64,000 nucleotides of DNA from contig JAOZHO010000033.1 of NCBI GenBank assembly GCA_026014875.1, positions 13,256 to 77,255 of the forward strand. The letters run 5' to 3'. The position numbers and the translations under genes were made by a program. Below the pieces are notes generated by a model. The model did not search any database. It was not told where the DNA came from and was given only the letters and a program-made list of their open reading frames with translations. Positions 18,026 to 27,437 of the stretch are shown piece by piece. Within the stretch, counting starts at the first letter, position 1, and each line of letters opens with the position of its first letter. This DNA is from Candidatus Bathyarchaeota archaeon. GTDB taxonomy: Archaea > Thermoproteota > Bathyarchaeia > TCS64.

Positions 18026-21000
18026 TCAACGCTTCTTGAGGACCACGAGGCCGTCCTCCAGACCCAGCGCCCCGGAATCGAGGGCCCCACGGTAGATCAC
18101 CCGCAGGGCCTCCAGGATTTTGGGTCCCATCCGCTTGAATCCGAGGAGGCGGGCCGTCTCGTTGAGTAGAGTCTCCTCCCTTATCCCGAGGGAGTACCCG
18201 GCGACCATTGTCAACGCCGTCAGCGTCTCCTCTGGGGGAAGGTACTCGATGGGCCTGAAGCTCTCGGCGACGCCATCCACAGGGGCCCTCACCCGGACCG
18301 TGTCCCGGCCCTTGGGCCAGAGGAAATCGCCCCTCACATCGATCCTGTCCTTCCCGGCCTCATCCACCTCCTCCTGGAAGGCCGCCCTGAAGGCTTTCGT
18401 AGCCCGGCTCAGCCTGAAGGCGCTGTTCATCCTCCTGAACGCGAGGTCCACGTGGATGGGACCCTCCCCCCTCACCAGCTGGGGAAGGAGCCGCCTAACC
18501 TCCGAGTGGTACTGCTTCAGGTACCGTTCCCTGTGCTCCGAAGAGTACCTCGTGAAGAGGTGCTCGGGCTTCAGCTTCACGAACCTGTAGGGCTCCACCT
18601 CGGGGAGCTCCCCCGGGGGAGTGTCCAACACCTTCACCTTCTTCACCGAGTTCCTCTTGGGCCGGGCGGGGGGCTTCTTGGCAGCCTTACGGACATCCTT
18701 CCGTGGCCCCTTCTCGGCGTCCTTGAGGGTCTTCGCGAGCCTCTTCGCCTCGGTCTCCCGCCTCTGGACCCAGTCAGGTGACCAGACACGGTGGATCCTC
18801 CACCCCAGGTTCTCCAGAACCTGAATCCTGAGGCGGTCCCTGTCCCGGGCGGTGTCGGCGGTCACGTAGTTCTCCCCGTCGCACATGATCCCCAGTATGA
18901 ACCTCCCCGGATCGTCGGGGTCCACGACTCCCAGGTCCACCCTGAAGACCCCGGAGCCCACCCAGGGCACCGTCCTGTAGCCCAGGCGTCTCACCTCCTC
19001 GGCGACCTCGTCGTCCAACGGGGAGGTGAGGCTGACCTCCTCGGCGGCTAAGTCGTCCAGGTTCCGGGGGCGCCTCTCGGCGTACCTCATGTAGTGGTGG
19101 AGGCTGTGGACTCCCTCGGCCTGGGTGGATTCTAGCCTGATGTCGTCGTACTTGATGCTGCTAACGAGGATCACCTTCTCCCGGGCGCGGGTCACCGCGA
19201 CGTTGAGACGGCGCTCCCCTCCCTGCTTGTTGAGGGGGCCGAAGTTCATGGTGATCCTGCCGTTCGCGTCGAAACCATAGCCGACGCTGAATATCATGAC
19301 GTCCCTCTCGTCGCCCTGAACGTTCTCCAGGTTCTTCACGAAGAAGCCGTCGAGCCTGTCCTCGACGAAGAACTTCTCGAACCTGGGGCGCTCCCGGAGG
19401 CGCGCCTCGACGGTGTCCTGCACCGTGTTCATCTGGCTCAGGCTGAAGGTGACCACCCCCAGGGTCTTCTCTGGGTGCCTCTCGAAGTGCTCGAAGACGA
19501 GGTTGGCCACCACCTCGGCCTCCCTCACGTTATTCCTCTTGCCCCCGCGGTCGTAGACGCCGTCCTTGACGTGGACGAACTCGAGGCCCAGGTCGGAGGA
19601 GCTCATCCTCGAGGAGGGGAAGAGCACGAGGTTGCCGTTGTAGAACCTGTCGTTGCTGAAGCGGATCAGCGAGTCGTGCTTGCTCCTATAGTGCCACCGG
19701 AGCATCTGGACGGGGAGCCCGATGCTCATGCACTCGTCGAGGACGCTGTCGAAGACGTCGAACTCGTAGGCGTCCTCGTCCCAGTCGAAATCCTCGTCCA
19801 GGGTGTGCTGGAAGAAAGGTGTCGGAGGGAGCTGCTTCGGATCCCCGGCGACGACAAAGGTGTCCCCCCGATAGATGGAGCCCACAGCGTCCTCGGTGTA
19901 GATCTGGCTCGCCTCGTCGAAGACCACGAGGTCGAAGTGGAGCCCCCCTGGGATGAGGAACTGGCTCACGCTGATGGGGCTCATCATGAGGCAGGGCTTC
20001 AGCCTCCTCACGAGGTTGGGGATCCGCTCAAACAGGTTCCTCAGAGGCATGTGGCGACGCTTCTTCGCCGCCTCCCGCATCAACACCGTGATCTCCGAGT
20101 CCGGGGCCTGGACGAAGACCCCTTGGGGCTTCTGCTCGTTGGCGATCTCGATCACTCTCTGGGAGGCGAGCTGGATGAACCGGCGGTCCAAGTTCTGGAA
20201 ATCCTCGATGAGCTGCTCGTGGTTCTGGCCCCTGAAAGCCTCGAGGACCGCGTCCTCCCTGTAGACGGCGTCCAGGAGACCCTGGTACATCGCCTTCCTG
20301 AAGACATCCACGAGTCGCCCCCTCTCGACCCTCTCAGCGACGAGGCTCTCGAGGAATCTCCCGAGCCCCGCCTCCCTTAGGTTGGCCTCCTGGGCCTTGA
20401 AGTCCACCCAGGTCTGGAGGCCGTCTATACTGGTTCGCAGGACGCCCAGACTCGTCCGCACCTTTTCGAGGGTCAGGCCCCCCCTCGGCTCGGGCCAGCG
20501 CTCTCTCTCGAAGCGGTCGTCGATGGAGTCGAGGGACGAGGAGATGTCGCTCCACCTCGCTCCGATCAAGGGGTCAGGCGGAAGAGGCAGCCCGTCCTGG
20601 GAGACGCCCCCGGCTAGCCTCTCGGGGACCCCCCGGGGGAGGGCTCTGATCAGCCTCCGGGTCCACCCCAGCGCCTCGAGGACCCCGTCCCAATCCGTCC
20701 TGAGGCCGCTGTAGAGTTTGCCAAAGAACCCTCTCATCTCCTCGGAGCGGCTGTCGACCTCATCCTCGAATCTCTGAAGCCCCTCCACGGTCCTCAGATC
20801 CTTCAACAGGACCATATAGGTCGCCGGGTGCTTGTGGAGACGTATGGCCAGCGCCTCGGACGATAATCTTGAAAGGCTTGTGAGCTTCTGCAGGGAGTCC
20901 ACAGCCCAGGACTCCACCTCCCGGAGGCTGCTTTTCCGCATCGAGGCCCCCGAATTCGGCATCCGTCTGGATGGGATCAGCCCCCGCAGCTTCCTCGAGT

Positions 21001-23575
21001 CGGCTCTCCAAGCGGAGAGGGAGCTCGACAGATCCTCGCTGTGCCGAAGGAGGTCCTCGCCGGGTTTCGAGAGGGAGGATAGATTGTCCCTGAGGGCTTT
21101 AGGGGCTCTGGCGGTGCCTGCTATGCGGAGGGCCTTGGAGGCGTTCTTGAGGGCCACCTCGGCTCCGTCGAAATCGGGCTCCTCCCCCCGGTAGTAGACG
21201 CCCAGGGTCTTCCGGGAGCGCTCGAGGTTGGCGTCCAGCCTCTCCAAGAGCTCCCGGAGCTCCCTTGCAGCTTTGAGGTCCTCGACGGCTGTCTCGGGGA
21301 ACGCCCCGTCTCGTGTGACCTTGGAGACGGCACCTTTGATCCTGTAGTAGCTGGGGGATAACACCCTGAGGAAAGAGCTGCCGGGGCCCTCCAGGTACTC
21401 GATTATCTCGTCGAGCTCCAGGGATAGGACTGCGTCATCGTAGGCCTCAAGCCTCCCCCTGAGCTCCTCCCTGTGGAAGTGATCGATCTTCAGAGTCTCG
21501 AGAAGCCCCTTGGTCTCCTCAAGGCCGCTCCGGTCAAGCCACGATCTCATGGGTCTGTGCTCGGCCTCGCACATGCGGGCGAGCTCGGAGACGTGGATGA
21601 TCCTCTCAAGGATCTGGGATTCTCCTTTCAGCCCAAGGATCGATGAAATCCGTTCGGCGCTCCCCCTCATGTTTCGGAGCCTCCCCGGGAGCCCCCGGAG
21701 GAAGGCGTCCAGTTCCTTCGAGTGTCTGAGGAGCCCCCCGTCCCCCCTCGACACGGGGGCAAGGAGTTCGGTGAGATCCTTCCAGGCCTCCTCGATCCTG
21801 CCGGCGGTCCCCGGAGGCATGATGAGAAGCCGGGTGTCATAGTTCTTCCCGAGGGCCCCCACTGAGGCCCAGTATTCGCCCCACTCCTTCCTGCTCTTCT
21901 CGGCGAGGGACCGGATCTCCCGGAGGTCTACGCCCACGAGCCATCCCTGAGGGGGCCTCGGGGTCGCGCCGATGATCTCGGTCAGCCTCTGCAGGCGCTC
22001 GTACTCCTCAATCGTGCCCGGGGTTTCGAGACCCAGGGCCTCGGCGTATACTCTGGAGCCTCTCTCTAACTCGTTGGCCGTCGCCACGGCGCTCTCTAGG
22101 AGGTGGATCCACTGGGAGAGGGTCTCCGGGGTGAACCTCTCCTCGGTGCACCCCTTCCACGGGAAGGCGTCCCCCTCTTCGACTACTCTCCAAGCGTTGG
22201 AGAGCCTCCGGATCCTGTCCTCGAGTCCCAGGAGGCTCCCCTGGTCCAGGGAGTCGAAGGCCCCGTAGCCGGTGGGGAGAAGGGGGGTCTTCTCGAGGCT
22301 TGCGAGGGTCCCGAAGATCTTGTGGGGGGTGAGCCCTATGGGCTCTCTGCGGGTGTGGAGGGCCTTGACGTACTCGTTGAGCTGGTCCCGCCTCGCGATG
22401 AGACGCTCCAGCTCCTCGTCGGTCATCGCGCCCCGGGCCTTGAGGTGTTCGTTGAGGGACCTGCTGAGCTCGGCTACCACCTCCCTCTTGTTGGCCTTGT
22501 GGCTGTGGAGCTCGAGGCAATAGTCGTCCAGGTTCCGGGCCTTGAGGCGGCTGTAGACCACTTCGAGGGCGGCCATCTTTTCGCTTACGAAGAGGATGCT
22601 CTTCCCCCGGGCGATGAACTCGGCGATCATGTTCGCGATGGTCTGGCTCTTCCCGGTGCCCGGGGGGCCGTGCATCACGAAGCTCTGCCCCGCGAGGGCG
22701 TACTGGATGCAGAGCTGCTGGCTGCTGTCTGCGTCCAGGACCTGGAAGACCTCCTTGGGGTCTAAACTGTCCAGCTCTCCAGCTACGGGCAGGGAGTCCC
22801 CCGCTACGGGTGGTGGGGTCACCCCGGCGAGGGCCCTGATGATGGGGTGTTCGATGATGGTGTCCACGTTGTCGATGAGGTCCTGGTACATCACCAGCTT
22901 GTGGAAGGAGAATAGGCCCAGATGGACGCTGGCCTCCACCTCCCACCCGGTCTCCAGGATGGCCTCCCTCACGTCTGCGAGGTAGCCCGTGAGTGCCTCC
23001 TCGTCCCAGTCGGGGAGCGGGGGGAGCTCGATCTTGTGCTCGTACTGGAGCTTGAGCCGGAGGGCGGGGTTGAGGATCGCCTCGTCCTCGACGGCGGGCA
23101 CCCGGACCGTGTAGGGGTCCCGGGTGGTTTTCCGTGTGAGCTCCACGGGGGTGAGGACTATGGGGGACATGATGGGCTGGTTCGACCCGCCCTCCTTCCA
23201 GCTGAGCATCCCGAAGGCGACGTATAGGATCCGGACCCCTCTCTCCCGGTACTCGGAGGCGGAGCGCCTCGCAAGGTTCCGGAGGACCCGCCTCAGCCGG
23301 GGGGCCTCGATCCCTTCGGGGACGAGCTGCGTTTTCCTGGGCCGATGCTTGCCCCGGGGTTCCCCGTCGTCCTCGGGGGGCTCCCAGATCGACCAAGCCC
23401 GGTCCTTGACGACGAGCCTCTCGAAGACTGCGTCGATGCCGGGGCGCTGGAACCTGAGGTTTGAGCTGCGGGTGGGCCTGAAGTTGACGAGTCGGTTCCT
23501 CCTGCTCAGGTCGATGAGTCTGTGCTTCCAGTCGTCGACCCTCCTGAGAACCTTGGCCAGAGAAGCCGAATTCAT
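18026..23575 (-). CDS. giant helicase-nuclease: DUF4011 / Upf1-like SF1 helicase (AAA_11/AAA_12) / restriction-endonuclease-like fold / DUF3320
   Basis: Walker A GPPGTGKSQT. Motif II VVFDEASQ. RLNVAVTRAREKVILVSS. A C-terminal REase-like segment (GYRTVPWVGSGVFRVDLGVV...WRIHRVWSPDW). The ATG at 23575 with GAGGGAG upstream is preferred over the GTG at 23617. Confidence 0.8.
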   Translation of the reverse strand: MNSASLAKVLRRVDDWKHRLIDLSRRNRLVNFRPTRSSNLRFQRPGIDAVFERLVVKDRAWSIWEPPEDDGEPRGKHRPRKTQLVPEGIEAPRLRRVLRNLARRSASEYRERGVRILYVAFGMLSWKEGGSNQPIMSPIVLTPVELTRKTTRDPYTVRVPAVEDEAILNPALRLKLQYEHKIELPPLPDWDEEALTGYLADVREAILETGWEVEASVHLGLFSFHKLVMYQDLIDNVDTIIEHPIIRALAGVTPPPVAGDSLPVAGELDSLDPKEVFQVLDADSSQQLCIQYALAGQSFVMHGPPGTGKSQTIANMIAEFIARGKSILFVSEKMAALEVVYSRLKARNLDDYCLELHSHKANKREVVAELSRSLNEHLKARGAMTDEELERLIARRDQLNEYVKALHTRREPIGLTPHKIFGTLASLEKTPLLPTGYGAFDSLDQGSLLGLEDRIRRLSNAWRVVEEGDAFPWKGCTEERFTPETLSQWIHLLESAVATANELERGSRVYAEALGLETPGTIEEYERLQRLTEIIGATPRPPQGWLVGVDLREIRSLAEKSRKEWGEYWASVGALGKNYDTRLLIMPPGTAGRIEEAWKDLTELLAPVSRGDGGLLRHSKELDAFLRGLPGRLRNMRGSAERISSILGLKGESQILERIIHVSELARMCEAEHRPMRSWLDRSGLEETKGLLETLKIDHFHREELRGRLEAYDDAVLSLELDEIIEYLEGPGSSFLRVLSPSYYRIKGAVSKVTRDGAFPETAVEDLKAARELRELLERLDANLERSRKTLGVYYRGEEPDFDGAEVALKNASKALRIAGTARAPKALRDNLSSLSKPGEDLLRHSEDLSSSLSAWRADSRKLRGLIPSRRMPNSGASMRKSSLREVESWAVDSLQKLTSLSRLSSEALAIRLHKHPATYMVLLKDLRTVEGLQRFEDEVDSRSEEMRGFFGKLYSGLRTDWDGVLEALGWTRRLIRALPRGVPERLAGGVSQDGLPLPPDPLIGARWSDISSSLDSIDDRFERERWPEPRGGLTLEKVRTSLGVLRTSIDGLQTWVDFKAQEANLREAGLGRFLESLVAERVERGRLVDVFRKAMYQGLLDAVYREDAVLEAFRGQNHEQLIEDFQNLDRRFIQLASQRVIEIANEQKPQGVFVQAPDSEITVLMREAAKKRRHMPLRNLFERIPNLVRRLKPCLMMSPISVSQFLIPGGLHFDLVVFDEASQIYTEDAVGSIYRGDTFVVAGDPKQLPPTPFFQHTLDEDFDWDEDAYEFDVFDSVLDECMSIGLPVQMLRWHYRSKHDSLIRFSNDRFYNGNLVLFPSSRMSSSDLGLEFVHVKDGVYDRGGKRNNVREAEVVANLVFEHFERHPEKTLGVVTFSLSQMNTVQDTVEARLRERPRFEKFFVEDRLDGFFVKNLENVQGDERDVMIFSVGYGFDANGRITMNFGPLNKQGGERRLNVAVTRAREKVILVSSIKYDDIRLESTQAEGVHSLHHYMRYAERRPRNLDDLAAEEVSLTSPLDDEVAEEVRRLGYRTVPWVGSGVFRVDLGVVDPDDPGRFILGIMCDGENYVTADTARDRDRLRIQVLENLGWRIHRVWSPDWVQRRETEAKRLAKTLKDAEKGPRKDVRKAAKKPPARPKRNSVKKVKVLDTPPGELPEVEPYRFVKLKPEHLFTRYSSEHRERYLKQYHSEVRRLLPQLVRGEGPIHVDLAFRRMNSAFRLSRATKAFRAAFQEEVDEAGKDRIDVRGDFLWPKGRDTVRVRAPVDGVAESFRPIEYLPPEETLTALTMVAGYSLGIREETLLNETARLLGFKRMGPKILEALRVIYRGALDSGALGLEDGLVVLKKR

Positions 23576-23751
23576 AGGCTGTTCTCCCTCTCTTATGCTA
23601 AACATGGCGCTTCTCACGAATAAGTGTATTTCCGGCCTCCTCAGGAGGATAAGGAAAAATCACGCGGGAAAGGGTTGAAAAAGCCTGTCTTGAGGGTTTT
23701 AGAGCCGGTTTTATGAATTAAAAAAGGCTCTAAGGAGGTTTCTGGCCCCGT

Positions 23752-24780
23752 TCAGGCCCCCATGAAGTGCTCCCAGCCCCTCTTCTCGATGGGATTCTCC
23801 ACCCCATTTTTGGCCATCACGATGCCTGTTTCTCGTGTCGCGACACCGAGTTCTAGGAGCTCGCAGCCTACGGCGTCGAGGGCTTCTCGGGCGTCCTCGA
23901 GGCGCCCCGGCGTCACGGTGAAGACCAGTTCGTACTCCTCCCCGCCGTAGAGGGCGAGGTCGCCCGGGTCCAGTTCGTGGTGTTCTGAGTATATCTCCAC
24001 CTCCGGGGGGATCGGGAGGTTCTTGATCCTGAAGCCGACTCCGCTGCTCCTGGAGAGGTCGTAGAGGCTCACGGAGAGCCCGTCGCTGGAGTCGATGGAG
24101 GAGGTCGCCGCCCCCGATTCGGCGAGGGCGATCCCCTCCACGATCCGGGCCTTAGGGTTGTAGACTGACTCGGCGAGGGTCTCCCTGAGCCTCTCGGGGG
24201 CCTCTAGCCCCTCGAGGAGGATCTTGAAGGATGCGGCTGTGAGGCCGAAGGGGCCCGTGGTGGCGAGGATGTCACCTGGCTTGGCTCCCTCCCGTTTGAT
24301 GATCTTGTCCTTTCGGGCGATCCCGAGGGCGACACCGTTGATGATAATGTCCGAGGCCTCGTTGGTGTCTCCGCCTATGACGTAGCCTCCGTATTCCCGG
24401 GCGCCCGCCTCGAATCCCCGGGCCATCTCCTCGATGGATTCCACCTCTAGGTCCCGTGGTATGCCGAGGGATGCCATGAATCCCTGGGGTTGGACGCCCT
24501 TCGCCCCGAGGTCGCTGAAGTTCATGATGACGGCTTTCCTCGCCGCCTGGTAGGGGGTCATCCCCGGGGGGACGTCGGTCTCCCAGACCAGCATGTCGGT
24601 GTTCAGTACGACTGCCCTGCCGTCCCCGAGGTCGATGGCCATGGCGTCGTCCCAGAAGGGGAGGGGCATCCCGGGCATGGGGGTGATCCATCGGAGCATG
24701 CGCTCGATGAGGGCTCGTTCGCCGATCTCCCCTGCCGTCGCCATCTGTGCTCCGTTGAGTCTTGGGGGTGGACCCCTCAT
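23752..24780 (-). CDS. thiL: thiamine-monophosphate kinase (AIR-synthase-related fold)
   Basis: N-terminus GEIGERALIERMLRW and PurM-like domain architecture. Confidence 0.65.
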   Translation of the reverse strand: MRGPPPRLNGAQMATAGEIGERALIERMLRWITPMPGMPLPFWDDAMAIDLGDGRAVVLNTDMLVWETDVPPGMTPYQAARKAVIMNFSDLGAKGVQPQGFMASLGIPRDLEVESIEEMARGFEAGAREYGGYVIGGDTNEASDIIINGVALGIARKDKIIKREGAKPGDILATTGPFGLTAASFKILLEGLEAPERLRETLAESVYNPKARIVEGIALAESGAATSSIDSSDGLSVSLYDLSRSSGVGFRIKNLPIPPEVEIYSEHHELDPGDLALYGGEEYELVFTVTPGRLEDAREALDAVGCELLELGVATRETGIVMAKNGVENPIEKRGWEHFMGA

Positions 24781-24855
24781 AAAGCGTTTGAGAGGTTTTC
24801 GGAAACGTATTATAACAGTGTTGAATCCTAAGTTGGATTGCTCGGAGGAATTGGG

Positions 24856-26007
24856 ATGAAGATACTCGACGATATCAGGGTCCTCGACCTAACCCACGTC
24901 TGGTATGGGCCGTGGTGCACTATGATGCTTGCGGACATGGGTGCGGAGGTCATCCGGGTGGAGCCTCCCTGGGGGGCCATTGACAGGCTCGCCGATGGGG
25001 CCCTCTTCGGGGGTGCGAGCTATACGTTCCACCATCTCAACCTGAACAAGAAGGACATCACTCTCGACCTCAAGAACCCGGAGGGGATCGCGATCTTCAA
25101 GGAGTTCGTGGAGAAGTCTGATGTCGTGGTCCAGAACTTCAGCCCGGGGGCGATGGAGCGCCTGGGGCTGGGATACGGGGTTCTCAAGGAGCTCAACCCG
25201 GGTATTATCTACGCTGCCCTCAGCGGTTTCGGTCAGGATGGCCCCTACGCGAGTCGGAAGTCCTATGCGATGATCGCGGAGGCGATGAGCGGCCATACCA
25301 AGTTGACGGGGGAGAGGGCCGATCCGGAGGGGCCCCCCCTTGAGATGGCCCAGGCTTATGGTGACTTGGGGCCTGGGACGATGGCGGCGATGGCCATTCT
25401 GGGGGCGATTCGTTACAGGGATAGGACGGGGGTGGGGCAGATGATCGACGTGGCTCAGTATGACTGCATGGTGGCTTACAATACTGCGATCACCGGTTAC
25501 ACTCTGTCGGGGTTGCTCCCCTTGGAGCTGAGGAGGAAGTATTCTTTGGGGCGGGGCGTGGGTGGCCTGTATGAGGCGAAGGATGGGGGTTGGATTCGTA
25601 TTGCGGCGTTTGGGCCTCGGTTCTTGGACAGGCTGAATCAGCATTATGGTCTCGATATGGTGGAGAAGGAGTTCGTCGGGGAGAGGGTTAGCGAGATGAC
25701 CCGGGATGAGGCGGTGGAGCACTTTGTGGGGCTGGGGTTGCCGTGTGCTCCCGTCTTCAACGTGGATGAGACTGTGGCGGATCCTCATCTGGCGGCTCGG
25801 GGGATGTTCGTGGAGGTGGAGCATCCGTTGGCGGGGACGGTGAAGGTGCCTAACTTCCCGGTGAAGTTCTCTGAGACTCCGGGGGTGATCAGGTCGGCGG
25901 CTCCTGTTCTGGGGGCTCATAGTAAGGAGTTGTTGATGGGGGTTCTGGGGATGTCGGAGGAGAGGTTCGTGGAGCTGGTGAGGGCTGGGGTCACCAGCCA
26001 GGCTTGA
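24856..26007 (+). CDS. CoA-transferase family III protein (CaiB/BaiF-like)
   Basis: MKILDDIRVLDLTHVWYGPWCTMMLADMGAEVIRVE. The ATG at 24856 follows GGAGG. Confidence 0.8.
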   Translation: MKILDDIRVLDLTHVWYGPWCTMMLADMGAEVIRVEPPWGAIDRLADGALFGGASYTFHHLNLNKKDITLDLKNPEGIAIFKEFVEKSDVVVQNFSPGAMERLGLGYGVLKELNPGIIYAALSGFGQDGPYASRKSYAMIAEAMSGHTKLTGERADPEGPPLEMAQAYGDLGPGTMAAMAILGAIRYRDRTGVGQMIDVAQYDCMVAYNTAITGYTLSGLLPLELRRKYSLGRGVGGLYEAKDGGWIRIAAFGPRFLDRLNQHYGLDMVEKEFVGERVSEMTRDEAVEHFVGLGLPCAPVFNVDETVADPHLAARGMFVEVEHPLAGTVKVPNFPVKFSETPGVIRSAAPVLGAHSKELLMGVLGMSEERFVELVRAGVTSQA

Positions 26008-26062
26008 CAGGGTTGGATCGTATCTATTATTAGTCCGGTGTTCTCTAGGGTTTGGCGAGTGT

Positions 26063-26138
26063 GCCTCGGTAGCTCAGTGGCCAGAGCGGCAGCCTCGTAA
26101 GTTGTTGGCCGCGGGTTCGACTCCCGCCCGGGGCTCCA
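26063..26138 (+). tRNA. tRNA-Thr (anticodon CGT), CCA encoded
   Basis: GCCTCGGTAGCTCAGTGGCCAGAGCG GCAGC CTCGTAA GTTGT ... GCGGGTTCGACTCCCGC CCGGGGC T CCA. The anticodon stem has two G-U pairs. Confidence 0.75.
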
Positions 26139-26245
26139 TTTCATGCGGCTGGCTTAGGATAGCGGTTTCGGGGCCGGTGGGTTGATGGATGGTGGTGTGA
26201 TGCGGGTGTTTCACCCCCCTCCCCGTCTTGTTTGTGGTGTCGGAG

Positions 26246-26311
26246 GGGTTGTTTTTGGTGTTGTTTTTGTGTTTGGGTTGTTTTTTGGGGTTGTTTTGGG
26301 TGTGTGTTGGT
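26246..26311 (+). repeat. 66-nt tract composed only of G and T, with four G3-4 runs
   Basis: Direct reading of the sequence: GGGGTTGTTTTTGGTGTTGTTTTTGTGTTTGGGTTGTTTTTTGGGGTTGTTTTGGGTGTGTGTTGGT. Confidence 0.6.
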
Positions 26312-26422
26312 ATTGTTTAGCTACTGTTCAGCTACTGGATTGCTTGTGTGTTAGATTGGTTGCGCGGTGAAAGATGGAGTCAGTGCTGGTTGGACTCCGC
26401 TTGCGGTCGAGTTCTGGCCTTG

Positions 26423-26438
26423 CCTGGGGCTCCCTTTC
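26423..26438 (+). repeat. degenerate copy (14/16) of the tRNA-Thr 3' end
   Basis: cctggggctccctttc versus the tRNA 3' end cccggggctccatttc. Confidence 0.45.
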
Positions 26439-26460
26439 TACTAGTCTCGGGGGATTGGTG

Positions 26461-27435
26461 TTAGTCTCCGGGTCTGATCTCGGACCTCAGGAACTTCATG
26501 TAGGAGGCGGAGAAGCAGATGACCAGGCCCACCACGAGGGTCGCGATGTTGGCCCAGTTGGCTGCGAGAGCCTCGGTCAGCGTCAGTGTCCTCTGGAACT
26601 CCTGGAATCCCATGCCCTTCATGAAACCCCCGGCTACGCCGAGGATGTCGGTTGCCGCCTCCTCGTAGAGATTCGTCGGTGATATTTTCTCGATGTTAGA
26701 CTGGAGCGCACTTCTCTTCTCCATAGCCTCCATGAACTCGGGGGACATCCTTAACTCCCCCAGGTCTCCCAGGCCTCCATGAACTCCCGTCCTGAATCCC
26801 CCTCCCGGGAGGGGCACCATGGAGCTCGCGACGACGCTCGCCAGTATGCTGATGATGATCGAGAAGATCAGCCAGGTGGCTATCGAGGCCATGATCGAGG
26901 TGTTGGTCCGCTTCGTCAGGACGGAGTACAGAATCCCTAGGCTCAACCAGAACACCAGGTAGACGATGGTCAGCAGGGCTAGGGCCAATATCTTCGTGAC
27001 CTCCCCCAGAGTGGGGCCGAAGCCCAGCATGGGGATCGCCAAGCCGGAGAGAATCCCTATGGTGCCCACCGCAAGGGTCGACAAGGCTGCGGCTCCCGCG
27101 AGGAATTTCCCGTTGATCACCGAGTCTCTGTAGATGGGCTGGCCCATCAGTATGGACAGGGTTCCATTTGCCCGCTCTTTGTTTATAGCGTCGAAGCCGA
27201 GGGCAAGCCCCAGCAGGGGACCGAAGAAGACCATGATCTGGATGAAGGAGAAGCCGAACTGCCCTCCTGAGAAGATGTTGACGAAGCCTGCGTTCTCGTT
27301 GTTCCTGATAAAGTCTACGCCTTGATAGGCGGTGAGTGTCGAGAGGAGCAGAACCACGGCGAACAGGATGAGGAATCGCTTGCTCCCGAACTGGTCTCTG
27401 AGCTCCTTCGCCGCAACGGTGAATGTTCCGGCCAT
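26461..27435 (-). CDS. ABC-2-type transporter permease
   Basis: Six TM helices with typical ABC-2 topology. It is operonic with the ATPase. Confidence 0.7.
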   Translation of the reverse strand: MAGTFTVAAKELRDQFGSKRFLILFAVVLLLSTLTAYQGVDFIRNNENAGFVNIFSGGQFGFSFIQIMVFFGPLLGLALGFDAINKERANGTLSILMGQPIYRDSVINGKFLAGAAALSTLAVGTIGILSGLAIPMLGFGPTLGEVTKILALALLTIVYLVFWLSLGILYSVLTKRTNTSIMASIATWLIFSIIISILASVVASSMVPLPGGGFRTGVHGGLGDLGELRMSPEFMEAMEKRSALQSNIEKISPTNLYEEAATDILGVAGGFMKGMGFQEFQRTLTLTEALAANWANIATLVVGLVICFSASYMKFLRSEIRPGD

Positions 27436-27437
27436 CT

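Noticed and set aside
17449-18090. 213-aa ORF extension upstream of Alba
   Set aside because: Only the last 91 aa match Alba. The extension runs through the AT-rich promoter region and the tRNA-Asn gene.
23576-23617. GTG start of the giant helicase at 23617
   Set aside because: The downstream ATG at 23575 has a GAGGGAG Shine-Dalgarno at the right spacing. The difference is 14 codons and either start is possible.
26182-26370. 62-aa ORF inside the G/T-only tract
   Set aside because: G/T-only DNA translates to pure G/V/F/L/C. It is not a plausible protein.
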